Origin: Ranitomeya imitator
Lineage: Eukaryota
Direction: 5' to 3'
Assembly: GCF_032444005.1 (NCBI RefSeq)
Contig: NC_091283.1
Coordinates: 782,440,001 to 782,504,000, forward strand
DNA: 64,000 nucleotides
The position numbers and the translations under genes are program-made. The notes beneath the pieces are model-generated. The model was not told where the DNA came from. It did not search any database and saw nothing but the letters and a program-made list of their open reading frames with translations. Position 1 is the first letter of the stretch. The number at the start of each line of letters is the position of its first letter. Below, piece by piece: positions 38,120 to 51,311 of this stretch.

Positions 38120-38428
38120 TTAGATTAGACCGTTGTCCTCTTGATTGTCTTTAGCATTGCGATTCAATCTGTCCACTACGGCCGTAGACATACTAGTGGC
38201 AGCGTCTTTAGCTATGTTTCTTACGGCCGTTTTTACACGCGGTTTGACTAGTTCTAGGCCTTTTCTGAAAAGCCAGATGGCTCTTCTAAAAAGACTTCTA
38301 AACAGCCTGCCAAAGCCGGCGCCATACATGTATTCATCACCGCAGAACCCCTCTAATCCGTGACCTGCTTGAGCTACATAGTAACATGCGTTCAAGGCGA
38401 GATCGCCATAAACTCTTTGAGACATCAT
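38120..38428 (-). pseudogene. Small Polinton ORF with QxGxG and GxGFGxLFRSLFR motifs
   Basis: YVAQAGHGL...YGAGFGRLFRSLFRRAIWLFRKGLELVKP, lying between the minor and major capsid genes. Confidence 0.7.
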
Positions 38429-38429
38429 T

Positions 38430-39201
38430 TTACCGTGGCACCATCTTGCGAGGCCTAAAATGTAATCGCACTATACACTTTCCATGTTTGAATTTAACCA
38501 GCGCATCCTGTCTGACATGACTGTAACGTTTATGGAGTCAAAGTGTTGTCTGCACAGCAGTATGTAATCGGGACGCGAGCAGCGCACCATGACAATATCG
38601 TTATCATCGCTGCTAACTTCTACGGTTCGTAACAGTTGAACGTAGCTTTCGCCCACAAGCTGATGTTGAATTATATCAGTGTATACAAAAAACGAATAAA
38701 GCGAATAAAAACCAGCCTTTGAATCGGGGTAAAAGTGACGTTTCCACGACATTAAAGCAACAGGGAATCATCGATGGTCTGTAGTCCGAAAATAAATTTT
38801 AGCTTAGTGCCCAGAGCAAACTGTATAGGGGCTGGGTCGGGTAGGATTACCTCTCGACGTAGATCATCATACCGTATCCTATAGGCAGGTGTGGATAAAT
38901 TCACCGCTTCTATTCAGGCATTGACTGCGCCAACCAGCTTCTGAATGTTTGGGTAAATGCCTGATTTTACGTGATAATGTTCTAACGGTTCATTGTGTTT
39001 AGTGGCGTAGAAGTTCCTTTCAAAAGTTTCAAACGTGTTCAACGTATGGGGGTACTTTATTTCCATTAACGCCAGTTCATAAGCGCCTGAAAGATGAACG
39101 GCCTTTGCTAACTTGGTGTTGTAGATCGAAATGGTATTTTTGGGGTAGGTTTTGATTGATGAATTGCTGGGTAAGGTGACAAAAAAATAATCACCTTCCA
39201 T
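38430..39201 (-). pseudogene. Polinton minor capsid protein (PX/penton-like), frameshifted
   Basis: FFVTLPSNSS..YP.NT...LSGAYELALMEIKYP; VYTDIIQHQLVGESYVQLLRTV...RPDYILL. Confidence 0.82.
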
Positions 39202-39214
39202 GCTTTATACAGAC

Positions 39215-40065
39215 GTTAATTGATTTTCTTCTATCCAACTGTTGAATTTATCGGGATAGCCTAGCCACTTCACAAATTAAAGAGTTGTACTGTGATGCCT
39301 GCGTTTTTTCACCACTTTTTCAACTTTGTAGATCCTATTAGCGTCCTGCGGTACCTTTTGTAGTTCGTCTTCATAAAAATGATCCTTCTATGCTTTCACC
39401 GCTCAAATCCCTTAATGTGTAGAGAGGTTTTCTGAATCGTGTATTTACGGCTGAGGCCATGAAAATTTCACGCCTGTAGGTTTGCTTGTAGCCTTTTGAA
39501 AAGATATGCTTATACCGTACAATCTGGACGTGATCAGCTGGTTTTAATAGAGGTTTAAATCTTTTCACGGTGGAGACGTCTTGATAAGCGCGGCACCATA
39601 TGGTCATGGAGTTAGCTTTCATGACGGTGGCAGGAAGACATTTTATAGTGCGATGATAAGCGTTATTGTAAGAGTGAACTATATCAGCTAATACATCTAT
39701 ATATCTAAACGTTTTATTAGCCGTTAAATAGCTCCACATACGCTCTTTCAACGCGCGATTTAATCTTTCCACGACCGCAGCTTTCACCGCATTATTTGTA
39801 AAGAACTGATGTACGTTATACTCTTTAAAAAGTGTAGCGATGCGTTTATTCATAAATTCTTTCCCGCAATCTGTTTGTAGTGTTTGCCAGATACGGCGCT
39901 CGCTTTTAAAAATAATCTCAAAAGCTTTTGCAAGCTCCTTGCCCGTTTTGGTCCACAGGCCGATGACCCAGAGATATTTGGATAGCATGTCTATGACCGT
40001 TAAAATATATTTTAAACCGTCGTTATCGCTTGTGTAGTCATTCATGCAGACGAGATCAGCACGCG
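39215..40065 (-). pseudogene. Polinton retroviral-like (rve) integrase with C-terminal chromodomain
   Basis: ILTVIDMLSKY, LQTDCGKEF, KAAVVERLNRALK (DDE core); VKWLGYPDKFNSWIEE at about 39225-39275. Confidence 0.88.
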
Positions 40066-40069
40066 TGTG

Positions 40070-40250
40070 GACCTTATTAATTACCCCATAGCCACACTTT
40101 TCAAACAAGTGGACATTACTCTGGGGGACCGTTTGATTTCACAATCTTATAACCTTTATAGTTACCGTGCCTACATTGAAAAGCTTTTAAACTGCAGTCC
40201 GCAAGCGTTGAGATCGCAATTTACAGCGGGGTTATTCTATAAAGACTTGA
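40070..40250 (+). pseudogene. Second, inverted major capsid fragment
   Basis: INYPIATLFKQVDITLGDRLISQSYNLYSYRAYIEKLLN..LRSQFTAGLFYKD; reverse-complement homology to about 37545-37700. Confidence 0.82.
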
Positions 40251-40269
40251 GCGTGGGAAAATATTCAGA

Positions 40270-41360
40270 AAAGTTCCCAGGCTCGAGTTCATATGAGGAC
40301 ATCCAGCAGAGGGCGCATCACCGCGAATGAAGGTAACTACAGGTCATTGACCTAGTTTCCATTCATTCGCTGGGGTTTTACAGCCATGAGCACAGCTGCA
40401 TTATCAGAGCTCCAGCCTGTAAAATATTTTAACCCCTCCAGATGGATTTACATTGTGGGACGTTACAGATCTATGAAAGGTATGAGATACTGTTGGTTTA
40501 TTATTTTTAATTTGTTACAGGTTGAGGGTCTTCAGGTGGATTGAGAGTGCAATAAAATATTACAACAACCTGTGTGTTTATTTCATTAAAATACTTTGCA
40601 ATATTGTGTGTGTGTTTTTTTAACCATTTCATACAATTGGATTAATAATGGATAGGTGTCATAATTGACGCCTCTCCATTATTAATCTGGCTTAATGTCA
40701 CCTTACAATAGCAAGGTGACATTAACCCTTCATTACCCCATATCCCACCGCTACACGGGAGTGGGAAGAGAGTGGCCAAGTGCCAGAATAGGCGCATCTT
40801 CCAGATGTGCCTTTTCTGGGGTGGCTGGGGGTAGATGTTTTTAGCTCGGGGGGCCAATAACCATGGACCCTGTCCAGGCTATTAATATCTGGCTTTACAA
40901 CTCTGGCGGAGAAAATTGCGCGGGAGCCCACGCCAATTTTTTCCGCGATTTAACCCTTAAATTTAATAGCTACAGTGCCGAAATTTTGCACATACAAACT
41001 ACTAACATTAGTAGTGTGGAATATGCAAAAAAAAACAGGATATGACATGGTTTACTGTATGTAAACCATGTCTCATATCATGTCGGGTTTGTGAAGGAGA
41101 AATGAAAAGCCGGCAATTGAATTACCGGCTTTTCAGCTATATCGCGCTGAAGTAAATATAAATATATATATATACAGTATATATATATATATGTGTCTCA
41201 ATGACATATATATATATAAAAAACGAAACCCGACTTTGGAGCGAAGATCGCCGACCGCTGACCCGATCCCACAGTGGGTTCGGGTCGGGTTTCACGAAAC
41301 CCGACTTTGCCAAAAGTCGGCGACTTTTGAAATTGGCCGATCCGTTTCGCTCAACCCTAG
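40270..41360. mobile_element. hAT-type MITE, right portion
   Basis: Ends CGCTCAACCCTAG at 41360 with CCCGA subterminal repeats; left TIR not found. Confidence 0.7.
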
Positions 41361-42732
41361 TGTCAGCCTCTCATTACAGTTGTCCTCCGCTGAACAAAGC
41401 TATGCCGCCTGTGTACTCCTCTTACCAATTTTGAACTGCATTTAGCCTACTTTTTTTATTTTAGGCCTACTAAGTCTGTCTGAGCCACTTATTACAGTTG
41501 TCTTCCACTGAACAAAGCAATGCCGCCTGTGTACTCCTCTTACCAATTTTGAACTGCATTTAGCCTACTTTTTTATTTTAGGCCTACTAAGTCTATCTTA
41601 GCCACTTATTACAGTTGTCCTCCACTGAACAAAGCACTGCCGCCTGTGTACTCCTGTTACCAATTTTGAACTGCATTTAGCCTACTTTTTTATTTTAGGC
41701 CTACTAAGTCTGTCTTAGCCACTTATTACAGTTGTCCTCCACTGAACAAAGCAATGCCGCCTGTGTACTCCTGTTACCAATTTTGAACTGCATTTAGCCT
41801 ACTTTTTTATTTTAGGCCTACTAAGTCTGTCTGAGCCACTTATTACAGTTGTCCTCCACTGAACAAAGCAATGCCGCCTGTGTACTCCTGTTACCAATTT
41901 TGAACTGCTTTTTGCCTACTTTTTTTATTTTGGGCCTATATCTGTGTTTCCTCCTTATCCTGCCCATTGCCCAGCCACTGATAGATGAGTCTGCTGGTAC
42001 ATTGAATCAGACCACTAGATTCCGCTTGCACTCTACACAGCCACAATCTGACCCTGCTGAAAGTCAGATTTCCCTTCCCGCATACTATACCACCTTACAC
42101 AGTGGTGTAGAGCAAGGTGCAGATGAAGAGGAAGGTGCAGATGAAAGTGCAGGTTCCTTCATCAGGTAGGGGGTATACTCATTGTCACTGGCACAGGGCC
42201 CCTCATATGCAATATGCAAAAGTGTCTCTGGCAGTGGGAGGTGCCGCCCGCCGTCAAACACGCCATCGTACTATGAGGGGCCCTGTGCCAGTGCCAACTA
42301 GTGCCCCCCCCGCTTGCTCAGGATCACAGCACTTGCAAAGTTGAAATACTTACCTCCCCTTGCTCCACCGCCGTGACGTATTCCGCGTTTCCTGGGCCCA
42401 CGAAAATCTTGAGCCAGCCCTACCCCCCCACAACTTAAGCCAAATGACCCACTGTTTTTAATGCCTAACTATTATTATAAAGTAAATTAAGATTGACAAG
42501 CTTCAGTATTATGAATTGATGTTTTTGGCATTAAAATGGACACTGTAGGTGTTTTCCTGGCCTCCACTCACTGTCGACTTTGATTCCCCTTTGACTTGCA
42601 TTGGGTTTCGTGTTTCGGTCAGCCCCCGACTTTTCGCAATAATCAGCCGATTTCACCCGACCCGACTTTTGACAAAGTTGGGTTTCGCGAAACCCGACTC
42701 GATCCTAAAAAAGTAAAAGTCACTCAACTCTC
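41361..42732. mobile_element. Right end of a long non-autonomous hAT element
   Basis: Ends ...CACTCAACTCT at about 42732; homologous, in inverted orientation, to 62961-64000. Confidence 0.75.
41370..41915. repeat. 117-bp tandem array, about 4.7 copies
   Basis: TTATTACAGTTGTCCTCC anchors at about 41372, 41489, 41606, 41723 and 41840. Confidence 0.92.
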
Positions 42733-42785
42733 GTGACCACCTCTCCATATAGGGTACCAATCATTTATTATTACATTGTACATAC

Positions 42786-43160
42786 TGTAGAGATTGGCTC
42801 AGGTGAGCAGTGGTAGGGCCGCAGTAATGAGGCAACACACAGGCTTCCAGTCCAAACTTCAGTGGTTTATTGACATTTTAATCAGTCCATGACAGAAAGT
42901 AAGAGAAAAAAAACAAACATACTCCAGCTTGGAGAACCACTGGTCTCAGACTCACCCTTACACGGGATGGGCTTAACTAAGTGGCTGCCAGTCAGCGGCT
43001 TCCGCCAGGTGCCATTCCCAAGGTTGCTAACAGTCATGTCACCAACCTTTGTGACATGTGTGGCAGAGAAAACAGTTCAGGCTCATTCCAGCCTAGCTCC
43101 AAACCCAAAATAGCATGTGCCAAACAAAAGAAATTCCATTAAATAGTCTATAGCCACACC
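42786..43160 (-). mobile_element. Probable LTR remnant
   Basis: On the minus strand AATAAA is followed about 80 nt later by ...AATCTCTACA; the other end is undefined. Confidence 0.4.
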
Positions 43161-45034
43161 CACAGGTGAGGTACCATCACATGGGCTGATCACGTGATTG
43201 TGACATCACTGCAGGTCCTCAAACTTAGGAAAATAACAGGCCAAAACTTATCCTGCTGGGAGAAATATATCTTCCGACCAGCACTACACCTTTTACTGCA
43301 CCACAGTACTATTTCACTCTTTACATATTTAGTACAATTGAACTTTGATTTCTAGATTAGCCTCATGCTGTATATACACAATCCCTTTGGTCCTCAAGCA
43401 CCTTTTGGACATTTTTTAATTCAATCTTTTCATATTTGACAACAGGTGGTACTTGTCCACCAAACTTGACAGCTTGGACTAGGTTTCAGGGTGTCTAGCG
43501 CAAATGGCATTGGTATTGTTTTCTTTAGTGTAAAAGAGCTCTTGCCTCAACTTCAGCAATCACCCTTGTGATAAACTACAATGGGGATTTCAAACCAGGC
43601 CACCTTATTCAACATCAATTTCTTAATACTCAAATTCTCTTCAGAATGCATGGGCAAAAATTCCACAGTGCTCTCCAAAATATTGTAGAAAACTATCCCA
43701 GTACAGTGGAAGTACTTTTAGCTGCAAAGAGGGGAAGAGGACCCCATATAAATGTCTATGGATTTAGAATGAGAGGTCATACAGGGTTCTGTAGGTTTAA
43801 TGTGTATGTGACCCAATAATTTTCATCATATAGCGTATAAAGAATAAAACATAAAGAGTACATATAAAGAAGTTTTCTCTTTGTATGCATTTCACAGATG
43901 GATACTTATTTATATCCGCATGGTTAGTTACCGGCACAGTAAGAAATAAACCGTTTTCTCAGATATTTCAAGGTTTTTTTTTCAAACGGAGAAATAAAAT
44001 CTGTAAAAAATGATTTATAGGGTATTAAACTGACATAACTTGAATTCTGCAGTACAATCACATAGCAGCCACCCAGAGGGTTCGCCTCTCTTACACATCC
44101 AGGATTTGTGCACTACAATCTGTACTATTAAAATGCTGCAATGCTTGAATCTAATGTAATGCAGGATTGTGGCAACGGGAAGATAAAATGATGATGATGC
44201 AGTAATGATTCATGGCTCTAAGCCTGAGGTGTCTCTTTCATCTCCGTGCCAAGTAATCAATTACTTTTGCTGGCATAGTACAGACTGAGTGATAGCGTAC
44301 TACACTTTTCTAGAGGAGTATGCTATTGTACAATTAGAAACATCATCTGGGACAATAAAATCATGAAGCTCCAACGCTCAATTCATAGAACAGTGATTAA
44401 AAAGATTACCGATATTACATTTCCTCTTTCCTCCAATAAAAATGTTAAAGGTCATGTGCTTATTATTTTATGCTGTTATCCAACAAAATAAAGAAAGCTA
44501 TGCAGCTTCCAACATAATTGTCACTTATTTTAAGGCTTCTAAGAGATATACAGCATTTATTTCAATCATAGATTCATTACTACAGAAAATACGCCTTGTC
44601 TGCAAAGCATTATAATGAAAGACGAAGGCTCTTGGATAATATCAATGGATTTATCAAATAAACTGCTAATGATATCAAATTAAAAAAACAATCTGAGCTA
44701 TATGAGTTTATCTACTAGCTTCGTTGCTTTAGGAAATGGATAAGAAAAGATAGTACGCTGTAATGAAATGAGACTCTATGGAGGATTTGGTTGTGAATAT
44801 AAAACCTATAGATTTAGTATAGATTTAGTCGTTCATGGAATTTTAAGGTAGGAATTTAAGAATTAATTAGGTTAATATGCAAAGACTATGAAAATTATAA
44901 TTACTGTACTTAGGCTGTATTATGAACATAAAAATCCAACATTTGGAAGATATGCAAAAACTAAAGTTACAAAGCAGCTAATGTAGAAATATCGAGAAAG
45001 GGCATTTTTCGTTATTTCTTCCTGTTAAAGTATA

Positions 45035-45066
<32 letters not shown>

Positions 45067-45067
<1 letters not shown>

Positions 45068-47365
45068 CATCGTATATACTTGAGTGTAAGCCGACCCGAG
45101 TATAAGCCGACCCCCTTAATTTTGCCACATAAAACTGGGAAAACTTATTGACTCGAGTATAAGCCTAGGGTAGAAAATGCAGCAGCTACCGGTAAATGTC
45201 AAAAATAACAATAGATTATTATTATTTATTTATATAGCACCATTGAGTCCATGGTACTTTACATGAGAAGGGGTTACATACAAGTTACAGATATCACTTA
45301 CAGTAAACAAACTAACAATGACAAACTGATACAGAGGGGCGAGGACCCTGCCCTTGCGGGCTTACATTCTACAGGATTATGGGGAAGGAGACAATAGGTT
45401 GAGGGTTGCAGGAGCTCCGGTGTTGGTGAGGCGGTAGCTTCGGTAGTGATGAGGTGGCAGCAGGGTCAGTGCAAGCTGTAGGCTTTCCTGAAGAGATGGG
45501 TTTTCAGGTTCCGTCTAAAGGATCCGAATGTGGTTGATAGTCGTCCGTGTTGGGGCAAAGAATTCCAGAGGATGGGGATATTCGGGAGAAGTCTTGGAGG
45601 CGGTTGGATGAGGAGCGAATAAGTGTGGAGGAGAGAAGGAGGTCTTGGGAGGACCGGAGATCACATGAGGGAAAATATCGGGAGATTAGTTCAGAGATGT
45701 ATGGAGGAGACAGGTTGTGGATGGTTTTTTAGGTCAGTATTAGTAATTTCAACTGGATACGCTGAGGAAATGGGAGCCAGTGAATAGATTTGCAGAGGGG
45801 GGAAGCAGAGGAGTAACTAGGAGAGAGATGAATTAGTCGGGCAGCAGAGTTAAGAATGGACTGGAGAGGTGCAAGGGTGTTAGCAGGGAGGCCGCAGAAA
45901 AGGATGTTGCAGTAGTCAAGGCGGGAGATGATGAGGGCGTGCACAAGCATTTTAGTAGATTGACAGTTGAGGAAAGGACGGATTCTGGAGATATTTTTGG
46001 GCTGGTGGGGACAGGAGGTGGAAAGAGCTTGGATGTGCGGTTTGAAGGACAGGGCAGAGTCGAAGGTTACTCCGAGGCAGCGGACTTCCCTCGGTACGAG
46101 GGAAAGCATGATGTCATTGATTGCGATAGATAGGTCAGGTAAGGAAGATCTATGGGATGAAGGAAAGATGATGAGTTCAGATTTGTCCACACTGAGTTTG
46201 AGGAAGCGAGAGGAGAAGAAGGAGGATATAGCTGATAGGCACTCTGGGATTCTGGACAGCAGAGCGGTGACGTCTGGGCCAGAGAGGTAGATCTGAGTGT
46301 CATCAGCATAGAGGTGGTACTGGAATCCATGGGACTTTATGAGTTGTCCCAAGCCAAGTGTATAGATTGAGAAGAGTAGGGGTTCTAGAACAGAGCCTTG
46401 GGGGACTCCAACAGAGAGAGGGTGGGATGAGGAGGTAGTGTGGGAGTGGGAGACACTGAATGTGCGGTTGGAAAGGTATGAGGAGATCCAGGATAGGGCG
46501 AGGTCTTTGATGCAAAAGGAGGAGAGGATCTGTAGTAAGAGGCAGTGGTCAAACGTGTCGAAAGCAGAGGACAGGTCTAGAAGGAGGAGTACAGAGTATT
46601 GTCCATTAGCTTTTGCGGTAATTAGGTCGTTAGTGATTTTGGTCAGGGCTGTCTCAGTTAAGTGATGGGGGCGGAAACCAGATTGTGGATTGTCAAAGAG
46701 CAAGTTAGATGAGAGGTGGGAGGAAAGTTCAGAGTGGACGTGCTGCTCCAGGAGTTTGGAAGCGACTGTGAGCAGTGATATTGGGCGATAGCTGGACTTA
46801 GCAGTTGGATCGAGGGTTGGCTTTTTAAGGATAGGCATGATTGTGGCATGTTTGAAAGCAGAAAGGAAGATACAAATAAAAGTAAAATTAATTGAGACAT
46901 CAGTAGGTTAAGTGTTTTTGAATATCCATATTGAATCAGGAGCCCAATATAATGCTCCATAGAGTTCATTATGGCCCCATAAGATGCTCCATACAAAATA
47001 CACTCCATATAATGCTCCATATTAAAATATGCCCCATCTAATGCTGCACAAAGGTTAATAATGGCTCCATAAGTGCTCCATAGAAACATTTGCCACATAC
47101 AATGCTGCATAAAGGTTGATGCCCCATAAGATGCTCCATAAATTATGGCCCAATAAGATGCTCCACACATTATGCCCCATAAGATGCTCCACACATTATG
47201 CCCCATAAGATACTCCACACATTATGCCCCATAAGATGCTCCACACATTATGTCCCATAAGATGCTCCACACATTATGCCCCATAAGATGCTCCACACAT
47301 TATTCACCATAAGATGCTCCACACATTATTCTCCATAAGATGTTCCATACCTTATTCCCCATAAG
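45067..47365. mobile_element. pogo/Tc2-type MITE with internal 26-bp minisatellite, split by an L2
   Basis: CGTATATACT(C/T)GAGTATAAGCCGAC subterminal repeats; CCCATAAGATGCTCCACACATTATG units at about 47090-47365. Confidence 0.65.
45215..46862 (-). mobile_element. 5'-truncated L2 LINE (RT)
   Basis: ORF 45729-46838 [27 protein letters not shown]; 3' stem-loop and (AAT) tail at 45215. Confidence 0.92.
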
Positions 47366-47369
47366 ATAG

Positions 47370-48150
47370 TAATAATAATAATAATAATAACAATAATATT
47401 ATTTATATAGTGCCAACACATTCCGCAGCGCTTTACAATTTATAGAGGGGACTTGTACAGACAATAGACATTACAGCATAACAGAAATCACAGTTCAAAA
47501 TAGATACCAAGAGGAATGAGGGCCCTGCTCGCAAGCTTTCAAACTATGAGGAAAAGGGGAGACACGAGAGGAGGATGGTAACAATTGCTTTAGTTATTCG
47601 GACCAGCCATAGTGTAAGGCTCAGGTGTCCATGTAAAGCTGCATGAACCAGTTAACTGCCTAAGTATGTAGCAGTACAGACACAGAGGCTATTAACTGCA
47701 TGAAGTGTTTGAGAACATGATCCAAGGAACCTGATTATGTTTTTTTTTTTTTTTGAATGGGCCACACAGGGATAGTTAGGTTAATGCATTGTGGCGGTAG
47801 GCCAATCTGAACAAATGAGTTTTTAGGGCGCGCTTAAAATTGTGGGGATTGGGAATTAATGATATTAACCTGGGTAGTGCATTCCAAAGAGTCAGCGCAG
47901 CATGTATAAAATCTTGGAGACGGGAGTGGGAGGTTCTGGTTATTGAGGATACTAACCTGAGGTCATTAGCGGAGTGGAGGGCACGGGTAGGGTGGTAGAC
48001 TGAGACCAGAGAGGAGATGTAGGGTGGTGCTGAGCCATGGAGCGCTTTGTGGATGAGGGTAATAGTTTTGTACTGGATTCTGGAGTGGATGGGTAGCCAG
48101 TGTAATGACCGGCACAAGGTAGAGGCATCGGTGTAACGGTTGGTGAGGAA
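47370..48150 (-). mobile_element. L2 3' fragment (second subfamily)
   Basis: LCRSLHWLPIHSRIQYK...FKRALKTHLF (47776-48201); L2 tail and (TTA)n at about 47370. Confidence 0.88.
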
Positions 48151-48151
48151 T

Positions 48152-49097
48152 ATATTAATGTTAATGTTGATGATTATAGCAAACAGCAAATGAAAACCCA
48201 AAAGTCATTATCACAGTAAAGTAGAATAATTAACAAAAAATACATGCAAAGGCTTCCTAAGCATTTAAAAACATCTCTTAGTCTGTTTCAGTAGGCTCCA
48301 CAAAATGTCACTGCTAAAGAAGCTGGCTGTTCACAGAGTGCTGTATCAAAGCATATTAATGGAGAGTTGAGTGGAAGGAAAAAGTGTGGTAGAAAAAGGT
48401 GCAAAAGCAACCGAGATAACCGCAGCCTTGAAAAGGATTAAGGATTCAAAAATTGAGGGGAAATTCACAAGGAGTAGACTGCTGCTGAAGTAATTGCTAT
48501 TGTGTCAACTAGTCACTCATGAATACTACACAATGCCAGAAACATCTTAACTGGGCCAAGGAGAAAAATAACTGGACTGTTGCTCAGTGGTCCAAGGTGT
48601 TATTTTCAGATGGAGAAGCAAATCTCATTCTCCAGCAGAACCTGACACCTGTCAACACTGCCAAAAGTACAAGTACTGCCTGGTATAAAAACAACAGTAT
48701 CACTATGCTTGATTGGGCAGCAAACTCGCTTGACCTTAACCCCATGCAGAACCTATGGCGTATTGTCAAAAGGAAGATGAGAGACAACAGACCCAACAAT
48801 GCAGATGAGCTGAAGGCTGCTATCAACGAAATCTGGGCCTCCATAACACCTCAGTAGTGCCACAGGCTAATCACCTCCATGCCACCCAACATTGATGCAG
48901 TAATTGATACAAAAGGAGCCCCAACCATGTATTGAGTGCATATACTGAACATACATTTCAGTAGGACTACATTTCAAATGTTAAAATCATTTTTCAACAA
49001 GGTGTTATAAAGTATTCTAATTTACTGACATAATGACTTTTGGGTTTTCATTGGCCGTAAGCCCTAATAATCATTAACAGAAATAATCACTTGAAGT
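48152..49097 (+). mobile_element. Internally deleted Tc1 element
   Basis: WTVAQWSKVLFSD, LDWAANSLDLNPMQNLW; TIR-like ends. Confidence 0.85.
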
Positions 49098-49560
49098 ACA
49101 GGGTGGGCCATATATATGGATACACCTAAATAAAATGGGAATGGTTGGTGATATCAACTTCCTGTTTGTGGCACATTAGTATATGGGAGGGGAAAAACTT
49201 TTCAAGATGGTTGTGACCATGGCGGCCATTTTGAAGTCAGCCATTTTGGATCCAACTTTATTTTTCCAATGGGAAGAGGGTCCTGTGACACATCAAACCT
49301 CTTGAGAATTTCACAAGAAAAACAATGGTGTGCTTGTTTTTAATGTAACTTTATTCTTCATGAGTTATTTGCAAGTTTCTCTTTGTTTACAGCCATTGAC
49401 ATGTCGCAGAGGTTAACACATGAGGAGCGGATAGAAATTGTGTTGTCCGGTGAACGCAGTACCTGAGTCATCGCAGCAGATTTCAATGCAAGACACCCTA
49501 TGCAATAAAACTTTCACCATTCCCATGTTATTTAGGTGTATCCATATAAATGGCCCACCA
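49098..49560. mobile_element. Tc1/mariner-derived MITE
   Basis: TA-CAGGGTGGGCCATATATATGGATACACCTAAATAA ... TTATTTAGGTGTATCCATATAAATGGCCCACC. Confidence 0.78.
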
Positions 49561-50809
49561 GCTAAATTAGACTTAAATTAAAATCTCTAAATGCTGGACC
49601 AGACACTGGTAGCCCATGCATTGCCCACAGCTGACTGCTGCTGTGCCATTATCATGGGTCAATTGATGCCACTTTTTCTTGGGTCTGCACTTAATTTTTG
49701 AAAACATTTGTACTCCAAGTTGTGTGTCCTTCATGTGTGTTGCTGCAGGCCTCTCAGAGCACCAGACCTACACCCGTCACTCATCCACCTGTTACCAATC
49801 AATGTTTAAGCTACAAATGCTGGTCCAAGTCCTGTCCCATTCGTCCATGCTGCACAATTATACCATATGTACTCTGAGTCCATTGATGACACTTTTCCTG
49901 GTGTCTGCCCCACATTTGAGCTGTTTGGGAAGATTTTTGCCCCCTTAAGGTGTGGTGTATGCATTTGGTTTTGCCTCCCATTGAATTCAATGGGGTTTGA
50001 TCATCCTTAAAAGATTCTCTCATTTTTAGTTGCGATTAGTCTTTTTGGAAAAATTCTCCAAAATTGGCAAATTTTAATTTCCAAAGATTTTATAATCTTG
50101 GATGAATAAATAAACTTAAAAGCTTTATCTAATTAAAAAAAATGCTTAAAATCTTGCACATTATTTTACACAATGAACTATGTTATAATATGCTAATTTT
50201 ATGTAAAGTAACTTTGGCTGTTGGCTACAATCTAGAACAAATTGTTTCTTAATATGAATAGTCTTTCACAAGCAAATGTCAAACCAAATATTCTGCTCAA
50301 TATCATTATTTTCTGAAAGAAAGAAATCTTAATATTATATACAATTATATGTAAGAGTGACATTTGAAAATCCAGTACTGGCGACTTTATCATTTATCTA
50401 AGAATTATTTAAAATTATTGAAATCAAAAGTCCCAGAATCCACATGTAAAACAAATTAGAATACTATTACTGTTCAATCACATGAAGTATCATTTCATGT
50501 GAATCAACATAATTTAACATAATAAATCCTTCATTATTGGAAAAAAATGTTTCCTGGACATGAGACATAATTCTCATTTTTTGGAAAACAGTAATCCTCA
50601 ATGGAGCAGACAGGTTGGTGTCTCATCAAAGACATCTTACTTTTATCACTATCTATACAAAGGCGTGATCTAGGAGACAGACCATTTTGACATTTTATTA
50701 TCCCAGTGTTATTTCATTGGGTAAGGATCATGTCTTAGAATACTAATAGTACAGTGAATTAGAAATACAGGAATATATAGAACATTCATTAACATAACAT
50801 AATTTGAGG

Positions 50810-51310
50810 CCAGTTTAACTCTGTCCTGGATACGTTCATGTCTGGTGTCTCTTGAAGCAATGACTCCAGCAGCAGTCCACTCCTTATGAATCTCCCCCAA
50901 ATTTTTGAATGGCATTTTATTAACAATCCTTTTAAGGATTCGGTTATCTCAGTTGCTTGTGTACCTTTTTCTACCATGCTTTTTTCTTCCACTCATCATT
51001 CCATTAATATGCTTGGATATTGCACTCTGTGAACAGCCAGTTTCTTTAGCAGTGACCTTTTGTGCCTTACCCTCCTTGTGGAGTGTGTCAATGACTACCT
51101 TCTGGACATCTGTCAAGTCAGCAGTCTTCCCCATGATTGTGGAGCCTACTGAAACAGAGAAAGGGACCTTTTTAAATGCTTAGGAAGCCTATGCATGTGT
51201 TTTTTGTTAATTATTCTAATTTACTGAAATAATGACTTTTGGGTTTTCATAGGGTGTAAGCCATAATCATCAACATTAACAGAAATAAACATTTGAAATA
51301 GATCACTCTA
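50810..51310 (-). mobile_element. Tc1 5' half (same family as 48152-49097)
   Basis: MGKTADLTDVQKVVIDTLHKEG (50949-51134); TIR homologous to 48152-48270. Confidence 0.87.
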
Positions 51311-51311
51311 G

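Larger units (their letters stand above)
37500..40250 (-). mobile_element. Maverick/Polinton fragment: integrase with chromodomain, minor capsid, small ORF, major capsid N-terminus
   Basis: Four consecutive minus-strand ORF relics with Polinton-type motifs (see sub-features); no TIR or polB in the window. Confidence 0.88.

Noticed and set aside
41370-41915. Regular repeats as a CRISPR array
   Set aside because: Whole 117-bp units repeat with no unique spacers, in a eukaryotic context with no cas genes.
48152-51310. Single composite Tc1 element
   Set aside because: Both pieces carry their own transposase fragments in opposite orientation; two independent decayed copies explain it.
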